Shown here: positions 8,271-18,582 of the stretch, one piece after another
How the letters are laid out: each line of letters starts with the position of its first letter
Numbering within the stretch: position 1 is the first letter of the stretch
Source: Bifidobacterium breve
GTDB lineage: Bacteria; Actinomycetota; Actinomycetes; S36-B12; UBA5976
Reading direction: 5' to 3'
Assembly (NCBI GenBank): GCA_945866135.1
Contig: CAMBGF010000002.1
Location: 1 to 55,328 of the forward strand
DNA length: 55,328 nucleotides
The notes under the pieces: model-generated
Seen by the model: only the letters and a program-made list of their open reading frames with translations
Told to the model about the DNA's origin: nothing
Databases searched by the model: none
Made by a program: the position numbers and the translations under genes

Positions 8271-10229
8271 TTAGTCATCATCTGAAGTTGAACTCTTTAA
8301 TCCCTCGCCAATTAGATTCATGATTGTTGGATCCGCAAGTGTCGTAACATCGCCCAAAGTTCGATTTTCAGCAACGTCGCGAAGTAATCTGCGCATAATT
8401 TTTCCGGATCGAGTTTTTGGCAGTTCCGCCACGATCAGAATTTGCCGTGGGCGCGCAATCGCGCCGATCTCTTTCGCCACGTGAGCTCGTAACTCTTTGG
8501 CGACACCTGGGCCATCTACTGAACCAGCTCGCAAAATTACAAATGCCACAATGCCTTGACCGGTTGTTTCATCAGCTGCGCCAACGACCGCTGCCTCTGC
8601 AACTGTTGGGTGCGAAACTAATGCAGACTCAACTTCGGTTGTTGAAATACGATGTCCCGAAATATTCATGACGTCATCAACGCGACCAAGTAGCCAAATC
8701 GCGCCATCTTCATCCCACTTGGCGCCATCGCCTGCAAAATATCGGGAATCAAAACGTGACCAATAAGTTTCTTTGTAACGCTCCATGTCGCCCCAGATAC
8801 CACGCAGCATTGCTGGCCAAGGTTTTGTTAAAACTAAATAACCGCCACTGCCGTGGCCCACTGCAGTACCAGCATCATCAAGAATTTCAGCATTGATTCC
8901 GGGTATCGGCCCCATGGCTGAGCCCGGCTTTGTCGCGGTTACACCAGGCAGCGGACTGATCATGATTGCGCCAGTTTCGGTTTGCCACCAAGTATCGACA
9001 ATCGGGCAATTATTTGAGCCAATAATTTCTCGGTACCACATCCAAGCTTCTGGATTAATTGGTTCACCAACACTGCCCAACAAGCGCAAACTTGATAAGT
9101 CGTGCGCTTGGGGAAATTCATCGCCCCACTTCATGAATGTACGAATTGCAGTTGGCGCAGTGTAAAGAATGGTTACGCCATACTTGGCAACAATTTCCCA
9201 CCAGCGTCCTTTGTGCGGAGTATCTGGTGTGCCTTCATAAATAACTTGGGTAGCGCCATTTGCTAGTGGCCCGTACGCAACATAGGAATGGCCAGTTATC
9301 CAACCCACATCAGCAGTACACCAATACACATCAGTCTCGGGTTTGATGTCGAAAATTACGCGGTAGGTATATGCCACTTGAGTTAAGTAGCCACCGGTGG
9401 TGTGCAAAATACCTTTTGGTTTTCCTGTGGTACCAGATGTATAGAGAATAAAAAGTGGGTGTTCCGAATCAAAAAATTCTGGCGTATGTGAAGTTGATTG
9501 TTTAGAAACAATGTCATCCCACCAAACGTCACGTTCACTATTCCAATTGACTTCTTGCTCGGTTCGCTTAACAACCAACACTTTTTTAACACTCGGGATC
9601 GATGCGACAGCTTCATCCACTGCGCTCTTTAATCCAAATGGACTACCTTTTCTAAAGCCACCGTCAGCTGTGATAACTACGCTTGCTGATGCATCTTCGA
9701 TTCGACTGCGTAATGACTCTGCGGAAAAACCTCCGAAGACTACTGAGTGCGGTGCGCCAATGCGCGTGCACGCCAGCATGGAGATAACAGCCTCTGGAAT
9801 CATCGGCATATAAATTGCTACTCGATCGCCAGTTTTGATACCCAGTTCAGTTAAAGCATTTGCGGTTTGACTGACACGATCCAATAAGTCTTTGTATGTG
9901 ATGGTCTGGGTATCACCGCGTTCGCCCTCAAAGTGAATTGCTACTCGCTGTCCGTTTCCTGCTGCAACGTGGCGATCAATGCAATTAACTGAAACATTTA
10001 GTTTCGCGCCTACGAACCATTTGGAAACTGGCGCGCCTGACCAATCCAAAACTTGGCTCCATGGCGTATCCCAGTCCAAATTTTTTGCTTGCTCATCCCA
10101 AAAGCTGTTTCGATCTGTTTGCGCTTGAGTGTAAAGATCTGATTTTCCATTTGCTTTTGACGCAAACTCAGGTGAAGGGACAAAAATTCGATCTTCGTGC
10201 GAAAGATTTTCTAAAGCTTCACCGCTCAT
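8271..10229 (-). CDS. acs: Acetyl-CoA synthetase (AMP-forming)
   Basis: AMP-binding motif YTSGTTGKPKG, WWQTETG, and C-terminal PKTRSGKIMRR. The start is set at the ATG at 10229 (MSGEALENL...), which has a purine-rich RBS; the 23-codon extension in the track looks spurious. Confidence 0.95.
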   Translation of the reverse strand: MSGEALENLSHEDRIFVPSPEFASKANGKSDLYTQAQTDRNSFWDEQAKNLDWDTPWSQVLDWSGAPVSKWFVGAKLNVSVNCIDRHVAAGNGQRVAIHFEGERGDTQTITYKDLLDRVSQTANALTELGIKTGDRVAIYMPMIPEAVISMLACTRIGAPHSVVFGGFSAESLRSRIEDASASVVITADGGFRKGSPFGLKSAVDEAVASIPSVKKVLVVKRTEQEVNWNSERDVWWDDIVSKQSTSHTPEFFDSEHPLFILYTSGTTGKPKGILHTTGGYLTQVAYTYRVIFDIKPETDVYWCTADVGWITGHSYVAYGPLANGATQVIYEGTPDTPHKGRWWEIVAKYGVTILYTAPTAIRTFMKWGDEFPQAHDLSSLRLLGSVGEPINPEAWMWYREIIGSNNCPIVDTWWQTETGAIMISPLPGVTATKPGSAMGPIPGINAEILDDAGTAVGHGSGGYLVLTKPWPAMLRGIWGDMERYKETYWSRFDSRYFAGDGAKWDEDGAIWLLGRVDDVMNISGHRISTTEVESALVSHPTVAEAAVVGAADETTGQGIVAFVILRAGSVDGPGVAKELRAHVAKEIGAIARPRQILIVAELPKTRSGKIMRRLLRDVAENRTLGDVTTLADPTIMNLIGEGLKSSTSDDD

Positions 10230-10339
10230 TGAATTCGTGCCTTTCATTGAAATTCGTGGGTACTTTGTTATTAGTAACGATAGTTGTCGCACTTTCAAGT
10301 TAGGTCAAGTGACATCGCCTAAGTCTTGTTAACGATTAC

Positions 10340-11542
10340 TTAGCGGACTCCGGAACACGCACCCGTACTTACGGCTGGCAGGTCTGAATAGACAGTACTT
10401 ACTGCATTTACTGCGGCCATGAACTGCGATGCAGTTAACGCGTAGCCGGTTTGATCATCTACGGCTGAGGAGGCAAAAATCAGGCCTGCGACACTTCCAT
10501 CTATTGCAAGCATCGGAGCGCCCGAGTCACCTTGCTTGATGTCTGCTGATATCGCATAAATTTCTCGAGTTACTGGGTTTTTGCCATAAATATCTGTGCC
10601 CGAAGTTTGCGAAACACTGCGAACCCGAGCAGGTATCAAAGCAAGTGGGCCACCGCCCGGAAAACCTGCCACTACAGCTGCGTCGCCCCTGGCAAGAGGC
10701 TCGCTAATACGTAATGCCACCGATGGAAAATCGGAGGTGCGAATCAATGCCACATCATTGGCTGGATCAAAGAAAATTACCGAGCCCTCGAATGCCTTAC
10801 CTTTACCTTTAACGCGAACTGTTGGATTAGTTACCCCAGCAACTACATGCGCATTTGTAATTATGAGATCTTGCCCAACAACAAAACCAGATCCCGTTAA
10901 CCGAGAGCTGCATTCCATCGCAGTGCCCTCAACTTTAACTACAGATTCCAGAGCTGCTGCGATAGCAGGCTGCGCTGTTGCAGAAACATCTGGTGGCTCA
11001 ACCGCTGGTGCCAGAAGTGCTTCACTGATACTGCTGGGTAAATCAGAATTAGAAACATAAATTCGAACTGATTCAACGCCATCTCTGACTTGAACCGGCA
11101 TGTATTGATCAAGTGCAACAATCACTTTTGATTCGGTCAGCATGTTTGTAAGGGAAGACATTGGTGCAGCCAATAATGTCGTTGCCATAAACCAGGCAAC
11201 AATCGACCAAGCACTAATTGAAACAATGGCTCCAGTGGAATTATCTAGGAATCGAATTGGTGACCAACTGAAAATATTGCGAATTCGAACTCCGATGAAA
11301 CTGCCTAATGCGCTACCAAATCCCATTCCAAGAAAAAGTGCAGCGGCGCTTAGCGCTGTGCGACTAAATGATGTTGTAGTCGAGGCGCCGGTAACAATTT
11401 CAATTAAGGATCGTCCAAGCCAAGCGCCGGCAAATAATCCAATAAGTGAAAGCACGCTGACTATTAAGCCCCGGCGCCAACCTGAACTGACGATAAAGAT
11501 TCCAAAGGCCAGCAAAATAATATCTAAATAAAATGAATTCAA
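10340..11542 (-). CDS. marP: MarP-family membrane serine protease (CvpA-like membrane domain plus trypsin-like domain)
   Basis: Four N-terminal TM helices. The C-terminal chymotrypsin fold carries His (ITNAHVV), Asp (NDVALI) and Ser (GDSGAPM). The synteny with NUDIX and nth matches Rv3671c-Rv3674c. Confidence 0.85.
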   Translation of the reverse strand: MNSFYLDIILLAFGIFIVSSGWRRGLIVSVLSLIGLFAGAWLGRSLIEIVTGASTTTSFSRTALSAAALFLGMGFGSALGSFIGVRIRNIFSWSPIRFLDNSTGAIVSISAWSIVAWFMATTLLAAPMSSLTNMLTESKVIVALDQYMPVQVRDGVESVRIYVSNSDLPSSISEALLAPAVEPPDVSATAQPAIAAALESVVKVEGTAMECSSRLTGSGFVVGQDLIITNAHVVAGVTNPTVRVKGKGKAFEGSVIFFDPANDVALIRTSDFPSVALRISEPLARGDAAVVAGFPGGGPLALIPARVRSVSQTSGTDIYGKNPVTREIYAISADIKQGDSGAPMLAIDGSVAGLIFASSAVDDQTGYALTASQFMAAVNAVSTVYSDLPAVSTGACSGVR

Positions 11543-12189
11543 CTTGTCACTTCCGTGTTGGGCGCCGGCGCCGGAAGTTCAACAATTTTTGATTCATCCC
11601 AGGCGGTCGCCCAGCCAGCGATATCCATTAATCGCGAAATTAGACCGCCAGTAAATCCCCAGATAAGCATGGATTCAACAGCAAAGCCCGGCCCAAATGA
11701 ACCATTGCGATGTCGCACTCGCATTCGGTTTGCTGGATCAATCAAAGCATTTAAGGAAATGCGATGAACGGCTTGCACCTCATTAGTGTCAATGTCAATT
11801 AGTTCATGAGGTGTGTGCCACCAAGCCAAAACTGGGGTCACTTTGAAATTCGAGGGTGGAATCCAAAGCTGAGGTAACTCGCCCAAGATTTCTACACTGT
11901 TTGGATCCAAGCCAATTTCTTCGCGTGCTTCGCGCAATGCGGTTTGCGCTAGTGAGGAGTCACCTTCCTCAACTCGACCACCTGGAAATGCAGGTTGACC
12001 AGGATGGGCTTTTAAATGTGATGCGCGTTCAATAATTACAACTTCACCAAAATCCTCGCGTGGTCCGAATAACACCAATACTGCAGCCTCGCGGGTACTT
12101 TCATCTGGAACTTCGTGTCGAGATAAATCACTTGGGATTAATTGTGGCGCGCGAGCAATTAGCGTGCTCATCCATTCAGGTGTTGACAT
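11539..12189 (-). CDS. NUDIX hydrolase (CoA pyrophosphatase-like)
   Basis: Nudix box GGRVEEGDSSLAQTALREAREEIGL. It has a 4-nt overlap with marP. Confidence 0.85.
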   Translation of the reverse strand: MSTPEWMSTLIARAPQLIPSDLSRHEVPDESTREAAVLVLFGPREDFGEVVIIERASHLKAHPGQPAFPGGRVEEGDSSLAQTALREAREEIGLDPNSVEILGELPQLWIPPSNFKVTPVLAWWHTPHELIDIDTNEVQAVHRISLNALIDPANRMRVRHRNGSFGPGFAVESMLIWGFTGGLISRLMDIAGWATAWDESKIVELPAPAPNTEVTS

Positions 12190-12888
12190 TTAGGCACCCG
12201 TCTTAATCAACTTGGCAGCTTCACTTGGGTCCCTCGGGCCCTCGCCAAATGATGGACACATACTTGCAAGTTCACAGGCGCCGCAGGCAGGTTTTCGAGA
12301 ATGACAAACTCTGCGACCCAGAAAAATTAAACGATGATTTAACATGGTCCATTCTTGATCGGGGAAAATTTCCATAATATCAAATTCCACTTTTACTGGA
12401 TCCGTATTTTTAGTCCAACCAAGTCGGCGCGAAATTCGTCCAACGTGGGTATCAACTGTTACACCTGGAATGTTAAATGCGTTACCTAAAACCACATTTG
12501 CAGTTTTGCGACCAACTCCGGGCAAAGTAATAAGTTCCTCGAGTGAGTTTGGGACTTCGCTATTAAAGTGTTCAATAATTGATGCTGCTAATCCTTTAAT
12601 TGAAATCGCTTTGTTGTGATAAAAACCAGTGGATTTAATAATTTCTTCAATAGCAACAAGCGGCGCTGCAGCGATGTCTGTAACTTTTGGATATTTTTTG
12701 AATAGGACTGGCGTGACCATATTTACGCGCTTGTCAGTGCATTGCGCTGACAAGACAGTCGCTACCAAAAGTTGCAACGGGTTTTCATAATCTAATTCAC
12801 ATTTAGCATCGGGAAACATGTGTGCTAATTTTTCATTGATTTCTTCGGCGCGCGCCTTGAGTGCTTTCTTAGATTCTCGCAGTGCCAT
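12190..12888 (-). CDS. nth: Endonuclease III
   Basis: HhH-GPD motif LPGVGRKTANVVL and the C-terminal 4Fe-4S ligands CHSRKPACGACELASMC. Confidence 0.95.
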   Translation of the reverse strand: MALRESKKALKARAEEINEKLAHMFPDAKCELDYENPLQLLVATVLSAQCTDKRVNMVTPVLFKKYPKVTDIAAAPLVAIEEIIKSTGFYHNKAISIKGLAASIIEHFNSEVPNSLEELITLPGVGRKTANVVLGNAFNIPGVTVDTHVGRISRRLGWTKNTDPVKVEFDIMEIFPDQEWTMLNHRLIFLGRRVCHSRKPACGACELASMCPSFGEGPRDPSEAAKLIKTGA

Positions 12889-12909
12889 TACTTAAGACTA
12901 AATGGTGCG

Positions 12910-13587
12910 TTATCGAGCGCGTTTTGAAAGGCGTTCAAGGTCAAGTAGTTCAACTGAACGAGTCTCCAACTTAAGCCAGCCACGACTCACGAAATCAGCG
13001 AGTGCTTTATTAACGGTTTCTCTGGATGCGCCAACTAATTGGGCAAGCTCTTCTTGCGTTAAATCGTGGTTCACATAAATTCCAGCTTCGGTTTTCGAAC
13101 CAAATTTTTCACCAAGCTCCAGCAGCGCTTTTGCGACTCTCCCCGGAACATCAGCAAATACCAAATCCGACATGGCTTCATTTGTCCGGCGCAACCGATG
13201 GGCTAAAGCTTGCAATAGTTTCTGAGCTACTTCTGGGCGACCTGCCAACCATGGATTCAAATCAGTGTGGCCTAGACCTAAAACCTTCGAATCAGTTACT
13301 GCTACAGCTGTAGCAGTGCGCGGTCCTGGATCAAAAAGTGAAAGTTCACCGAACATGTCCCCTGGTCCAAGCACCATAAGCACAGATTCGCGACCATCAC
13401 CTGAGGCGTGGCTTAATTTAATTTTGCCTTCGGTAACTACGTAAAGTCGATCTCCTGAATCACCTTCTTGAAAAAGTGTGTTTCCCCGTTTGATGCTTTG
13501 CGGAACCATAGATTTTTGTAACGCAAGTGCAGCTTCTTCATCGAGGGCAGAAAAGAGCGGAGTTTTTTGCAGATTCTCATCAATCAT
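12910..13587 (-). CDS. crp: Crp/Fnr-family cAMP-responsive transcription regulator
   Basis: cNMP-binding domain (GDMFGELSLFDPGPRTATA) plus a C-terminal HTH (TQEELAQLVGASRETVNKAL). The ATG at 13587 is preceded by AAGGAGAG. The 20-codon extension in the track is not supported. Confidence 0.9.
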   Translation of the reverse strand: MIDENLQKTPLFSALDEEAALALQKSMVPQSIKRGNTLFQEGDSGDRLYVVTEGKIKLSHASGDGRESVLMVLGPGDMFGELSLFDPGPRTATAVAVTDSKVLGLGHTDLNPWLAGRPEVAQKLLQALAHRLRRTNEAMSDLVFADVPGRVAKALLELGEKFGSKTEAGIYVNHDLTQEELAQLVGASRETVNKALADFVSRGWLKLETRSVELLDLERLSKRAR

Positions 13588-13648
13588 GACTCTCTCCTTT
13601 TTGCTCTTTTCTGACGTCGTTGGCAGTACTAGCACTGCCTGAAACAAT

Positions 13649-14113
13649 TTAGTCGCGTACTTCGACTATTACTTCTACTTCTACCGGAGTATTTAGCGGC
13701 AATGAGGCTACGCCCACTGCAGAGCGGGCATGCTTGCCAGCATCACCAAAAGCTTGAATAAATAAATCACTGGCGCCATTTATTACTACAGGTTGCTTTG
13801 TGAATTCTGGAGTACTTGCCACAAACCCAACAACTTTCACAACGCGAACGACTTTATCTAAATCGCCTATTAAGGACTTGATAGCTGCAATTGCGTTAAC
13901 TGCGCATTGCGCTGCGCATTTACTTGCAGTCTCTTCGTCAACGTCCTTGCCTAACAGGCCTGTTGCGATTAGTTCACCAGCAACGAATGGTAGTTGGCCT
14001 GAAGTAAAAACGAGATTTCCAGTGCGGGCAGCTGGAACATAAGAAGCTACTGGTGGCACAACTTCTGGAATTGAAATTCCGAGTGCAGCTAACCGATCCT
14101 CAACAACGCTCAT
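13649..14113 (-). CDS. RidA/YjgF family protein
   Basis: 154-aa sequence typical of the RidA family (…GNLVFTSGQLP…, …ARSAVGVASLPLNTPVEVEVIVEV). Confidence 0.85.
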   Translation of the reverse strand: MSVVEDRLAALGISIPEVVPPVASYVPAARTGNLVFTSGQLPFVAGELIATGLLGKDVDEETASKCAAQCAVNAIAAIKSLIGDLDKVVRVVKVVGFVASTPEFTKQPVVINGASDLFIQAFGDAGKHARSAVGVASLPLNTPVEVEVIVEVRD

Positions 14114-14121
14114 TATTTTCT

Positions 14122-14277
14122 CTAATCCTTTGGTCGCTTGAAGTAAGCCACAAGATTTTCGGAATTCATACCGGGAACGATTGCGACTAATTCCCAGCCG
14201 TCAAGTCCAAAGTTGTCAAGAATTGCTTTTGTATTGTGCACCAGCACGGGCGCAGTTAAATATTCCCATTTAGTCAT
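14122..14277 (-). CDS. Small conserved protein, DUF4177-like (51 aa)
   Basis: Below the ORF-track size cutoff. My translation is MTKWEYLTAPVLVHNTKAILDNFGLDGWELVAIVPGMNSENLVAYFKRPKD. The GWELV core is the DUF4177 hallmark as I recall it. It fills the ridA-whiB gap on the same strand. Confidence 0.6.
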   Translation of the reverse strand: MTKWEYLTAPVLVHNTKAILDNFGLDGWELVAIVPGMNSENLVAYFKRPKD

Positions 14278-14320
14278 ATTTAGAGCATACGACAGTTACT
14301 GGCTAACAAAAAATGTCGGT

Positions 14321-14647
14321 TCAGCCGCCGTGAACAAAAGCCACTGGATCTAAGCGGTCGTAGTCTTGGCGGGCGCTCATTAAGAGTTCGCGCCAGGAAG
14401 TTACATTTGATCGACGGCGAAGTAGTGCGCGGCGTTCCCGCTCAGTCATGCCACCCCAGACACCAAATTCGATTTCGTTATCTAGTGCATCGGCTAGGCA
14501 CTCAGTCTTAACGGAACAACCAGCACAGATAACCTTTACGCGATTTTGCGCCGCTCCTTGAGCAAACAATAAGTCTGGGTCAGTGTCTCGACAAGCCGCG
14601 CTCCGGCTCCATTCAGCGTTCCACATTAACGATTCGTATCCCCTCAT
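14321..14647 (-). CDS. WhiB-family Fe-S transcription factor
   Basis: Four conserved Cys (AACRD…, CAGCSVKTEC), the GVWGG turn and a basic C-terminal tail. It is divergent from a class A PBP, like whiB4-ponA2 in M. tuberculosis. The exact start is uncertain. Confidence 0.9.
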   Translation of the reverse strand: MRGYESLMWNAEWSRSAACRDTDPDLLFAQGAAQNRVKVICAGCSVKTECLADALDNEIEFGVWGGMTERERRALLRRRSNVTSWRELLMSARQDYDRLDPVAFVHGG

Positions 14648-14830
14648 ACTTGGATCTACCTCGATCGAAATTACCTACGTAAAACAATTAGGTAAATACC
14701 GATTGCTTAACTATTGGGCTAATCGTCACCCATGTCAATACCTAAAATGAACTTTTTTGCTCTGGGATGCAACTGTTATCAATTAGATATATCCGCGTTA
14801 CAGATAGGTAATTGGGCAAGTTACCATTGA

Positions 14831-17101
14831 GTGGTTATGGGGAATAATCGCTTGGGCACCGAACTTAATCGTTTTGGTCTTTTGACTAAAATGATCTCCT
14901 TCACCGCGCTTGCCGGAATCGTCACGGCGCTCATAGTTTTACCAGTTGCTGGCGGTATAGGTCTGGCTTCCCGAAATGGCGCGCAAGCTTTCAGCACTCT
15001 GCCCAATGACTTAACCCGAGTTCCATTGCCACAACAAAACACAATTTTGGATGCAAAAGGGGACGTACTTGCTGTGCTCTACGCGCAGAATCGAATTGAA
15101 GTACCGCTTGAACAGATTTCACCACTAATGCAACAGGCGATCATTGCGATCGAAGATCAGCGGTTTTTCAATCATGCTGGGGTTGATTTTCGCGCAACTA
15201 TTAGAGCTTCCATTTCCACTGGTTCTGGTGGTCAAGTCCAAGGTGGTTCAACCATCACGCAACAGTACGTAAAGCAGATCTTGCTAACTGCTGCCACAAC
15301 AAAAGAAGAACAACAAGCTGCGACTGCAGTCTCCATCAATCGCAAATTGCGGGAAGCACGATATGCAATTGGGCTTGAAAACAAACTTACGAAAAAAGAA
15401 ATCCTTGCCGGATATTTAAACATTGCTTACTTTGGCGCAGGTTCCTATGGTGTGGAGATTGCATCCAAAAGATACTTTTCTAAAAGTGCCAGCGAATTAA
15501 CACTTACCCAAGCTGCAACGCTGGCTGGTCTGGTGCAAAACCCTTCGCGTTACGATCCAACGCAATATCCAGAGCGCGCCCAAGCTCGCCGCGATTTAGT
15601 TTTAAAGGCCATGAAGAATTCTGGGTATATCACTTCAGAACAAGCTGATGCTGCTATTGCAGTTCCAGTTAGTTTGGACTTGAATCCAACTGAACTTCCT
15701 AACGGTTGCACTACCTCAGCTGCTCCATATTTCTGTGATTATGTTTTAACCGTTCTAAGAAACGATCCAATTTTTGGTGATACGCCACAAGTTCGGGAGA
15801 CTGTTTTGAATCTTGGTGGTTTAACAATTAAAACTACTTTGGATCCAAAGGCACAAAAAGCATCCCAGACTGCGGTGGATGAAAAAATTCCGTTTGATGA
15901 TCCCAGCGGTAAGGCTGCAGCAATCACGATGATGCGCCCTGGCACTGGTGAAATCACCGCGATGGCACAAAATCGTAAGTGGGGTCGCAGTGGCGCTGGG
16001 TACACGACGGTTAATTACAACACTCCAGTTGACTCCAATGGCACCGTTGGTTTTCAAGCTGGTTCGACATTTAAAGCCTTCACTATTGCTGCTGCATTTA
16101 AACAGGGCTGGGATCCATTCGAGGTAATAGGTGCTCCCGCAAAAAAGACATTTGAAAACTTTGTGGAATGTGAAACTGGCGACAAGTTTGCACCTTATGA
16201 AGTGCAGAACTCAACTTCATCGGGCGCATTTGATATCTTGAGCGCAGCTGCGTTTTCGGTAAATACTTATTTTGTTGGGCTAGAAGAAAGGCTCGGACTC
16301 TGTGATCCAATTGACATCGCAACCGCTGCCGGGGTCAAGCAAGGTAATGGCGAATTATTTGAAAAATATCCATGTTTCACACTTGGCTGTTTTGATGTGA
16401 CTACCTTAAACATGACTGAAGGTATGGCAACTTTGGCTGCTCACGGTGTGCATTGTTCACCAATTGCAATATCGAAAATCACAGATCGATTTGGTGTCGA
16501 AATCGACGTACCATCTGCTGACTGCAAGCGAACTATTGATTTACAGGTTGCTGATAGCACCACTGCTGTATTAGCCGGTGTTATTGATGGACCAATTCCC
16601 GGTCGCACTGGTCGAGCTATGGACTTAGGCCGTCCAGCAGCGGGTAAAACTGGAACCACTGATAGTTCAGCTGCCGTTTGGTTCGTTGGTTACACCCCAG
16701 ACATGGCTGCTTCGGTTTGGGTTGGCGACCCACGAGGTGGGCAGAAATATCCCATGAAGAACATAAATATTGGTGGCAGGTACTACTCCCAAGTTTTTGG
16801 TTCCACTATGCCTGGTCCCATATGGCGCGACTCACTTATCGGAGCTCTGGCTGGCACACCAAAAACTGCTTGGAACTTAACCACTCTCAATGGACTAAAC
16901 GCGGGCGGCGTTGGTAACGAAATAACCATTTCAAAAGACGAGTGTTTCGGCCTAAAAGAACCAGAGCTGCTTATTTGCATAACTGAGAGAACTGCTAAGG
17001 AAAATGAAAAGGGGCTAGCCGATGGCACCTTGATTATTGACCCAGTCACTGGCGGAATAATTCCTAATCCTGTTGTTCCAGTTCCAGAGCTCGTGCCTTA
17101 G
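14831..17101 (+). CDS. Class A penicillin-binding protein (glycosyltransferase plus transpeptidase)
   Basis: GT51 motifs EDQRFFNHAGVD and GGSTITQQY. Transpeptidase motifs STFK and KTGTT. One N-terminal TM anchor. No PASTA-like C-terminus. Confidence 0.9.
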   Translation: MVMGNNRLGTELNRFGLLTKMISFTALAGIVTALIVLPVAGGIGLASRNGAQAFSTLPNDLTRVPLPQQNTILDAKGDVLAVLYAQNRIEVPLEQISPLMQQAIIAIEDQRFFNHAGVDFRATIRASISTGSGGQVQGGSTITQQYVKQILLTAATTKEEQQAATAVSINRKLREARYAIGLENKLTKKEILAGYLNIAYFGAGSYGVEIASKRYFSKSASELTLTQAATLAGLVQNPSRYDPTQYPERAQARRDLVLKAMKNSGYITSEQADAAIAVPVSLDLNPTELPNGCTTSAAPYFCDYVLTVLRNDPIFGDTPQVRETVLNLGGLTIKTTLDPKAQKASQTAVDEKIPFDDPSGKAAAITMMRPGTGEITAMAQNRKWGRSGAGYTTVNYNTPVDSNGTVGFQAGSTFKAFTIAAAFKQGWDPFEVIGAPAKKTFENFVECETGDKFAPYEVQNSTSSGAFDILSAAAFSVNTYFVGLEERLGLCDPIDIATAAGVKQGNGELFEKYPCFTLGCFDVTTLNMTEGMATLAAHGVHCSPIAISKITDRFGVEIDVPSADCKRTIDLQVADSTTAVLAGVIDGPIPGRTGRAMDLGRPAAGKTGTTDSSAAVWFVGYTPDMAASVWVGDPRGGQKYPMKNINIGGRYYSQVFGSTMPGPIWRDSLIGALAGTPKTAWNLTTLNGLNAGGVGNEITISKDECFGLKEPELLICITERTAKENEKGLADGTLIIDPVTGGIIPNPVVPVPELVP

Positions 17102-17136
17102 TTCAGGCAATAACTCTTTTCTGACAAGATGTAGTC

Positions 17137-17598
17137 ATGACCACACTTAAGGAACAGCTTCATATAGATCTGACTGCTTCGATTCGTGCGAAAGATTCCC
17201 TAACTTCCGGCACATTGCGTATGGTGCTCGCCGCAATAACTAACGAAGAGGTATCTGGCAAAGAGGCGCGGGTGCTAACTGCGCAAGATTTCATAACTGT
17301 GCTTAATCGGGAAGCTAAGAAACGTAAAGAAGCTGCAACGGCGTACGATGCTGCAAAGCGACCAGAACTTGGTGACAAAGAGCGCGCCGAATTGGAAATA
17401 ATTCAGACTTATTTACCTGCCGGACTTTCAGATTCCCAATTGGCAGAAATTATTGCCAGTGCAGTTCAACAGGCTGCTGCCGATGGCGCGACTGGACCAA
17501 GTGCTATGGGCGCAGTGATGAAGCTTGTATCACCACAAGTAGCTGGTCGCGCCGATGGCAGCCAAGTTGCTGCGGCCGTTAAATCTGCACTTTCCTAG
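17137..17598 (+). CDS. GatB/YqeY domain protein
   Basis: 153 aa with the typical YqeY sequence (…LRMVLAAITNEEV…KKRKEAATAY…EIIQTYLP…). Confidence 0.85.
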   Translation: MTTLKEQLHIDLTASIRAKDSLTSGTLRMVLAAITNEEVSGKEARVLTAQDFITVLNREAKKRKEAATAYDAAKRPELGDKERAELEIIQTYLPAGLSDSQLAEIIASAVQQAAADGATGPSAMGAVMKLVSPQVAGRADGSQVAAAVKSALS

Positions 17599-17646
17599 TT
17601 CTAGTGCCATGCAATTAAAAAGCGGCGCTCCCAATAGTGTGAAGGA

Positions 17647-18582
17647 GTGAACTCCTCGCGCAAAACTAAGGTTGCACTTGGCCTTGGCGTGATGTACCTA
17701 GCTTGGGGAACTACTTACATTGGCATTGCTTTCACAATTGAAACAATGCCGCCTTTGATGTCTATGTCATTTCGATTCGCTGCAGCTAGTGCACTGTTAG
17801 TTTTGTTTATCGGTCTACGACACGGCTGGCAATCATTGCGCTTGACCAGAAGTCAACTGACCAGTTCGCTATTTCTCGGTGTGCTGATGTTGGGTGTGGG
17901 ACTTGGCACTATGTCATTGGCTACCAGAGTGGTTCCCATTGGTGTGGCCTCGCTGATTGTGGCAGCAATGCCGATTTGGACTGCGCTATTTCGCACTCTT
18001 GATCGAGATCGACCGAAACTAATTTCGCTCGCTGGAATTATTGGTGGCTTAATTGGAATTGCAATCATTATGTTGCCTGGGCAAACCCAAGCTCGCCCAG
18101 GCGCTGGTGGCGAAAACGTCACACTCTGGATGTTTATTATTTTGTTTGGCAACTTGTGTTGGTCACTTGGCTCGTTCTTAGCGCCACGAATGGATACGCC
18201 AGAAAACTCACTTTTGCTAAGTACATATGAAATGGCTGGCGCCGCAGTTGCCTTGCTGATTGCTGGTTTAATTCACAACGAAAGTGTTGCCGATTTCTTT
18301 GATGCGAGTTACAGGTCTTGGGCAGGGTGGGTGTACTTAGTTGTAATTGGCTCACTCGTTGGTTACACGGTCTACACCTGGTTACTCGAGAATGCGCCAA
18401 TCACATTGGTATCTACTTACGCATACATCAATCCAGTTGTCGCGGTAGCACTTGGAATAATAATTTTTAACGAAAAACTCACCGCCAATATAATCATCGG
18501 TGGCCTTATCGTAATTGCAAGTGTCGCCATTGTGGTGGCCGTTGAATCTGTTAAGAAACAAAATCCTTTGCAAATTCAATAA
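17647..18582 (+). CDS. EamA/DMT-family transporter
   Basis: About 10 TM helices with a duplicated EamA architecture. The GTG start is uncertain. Confidence 0.8.
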   Translation: MNSSRKTKVALGLGVMYLAWGTTYIGIAFTIETMPPLMSMSFRFAAASALLVLFIGLRHGWQSLRLTRSQLTSSLFLGVLMLGVGLGTMSLATRVVPIGVASLIVAAMPIWTALFRTLDRDRPKLISLAGIIGGLIGIAIIMLPGQTQARPGAGGENVTLWMFIILFGNLCWSLGSFLAPRMDTPENSLLLSTYEMAGAAVALLIAGLIHNESVADFFDASYRSWAGWVYLVVIGSLVGYTVYTWLLENAPITLVSTYAYINPVVAVALGIIIFNEKLTANIIIGGLIVIASVAIVVAVESVKKQNPLQIQ

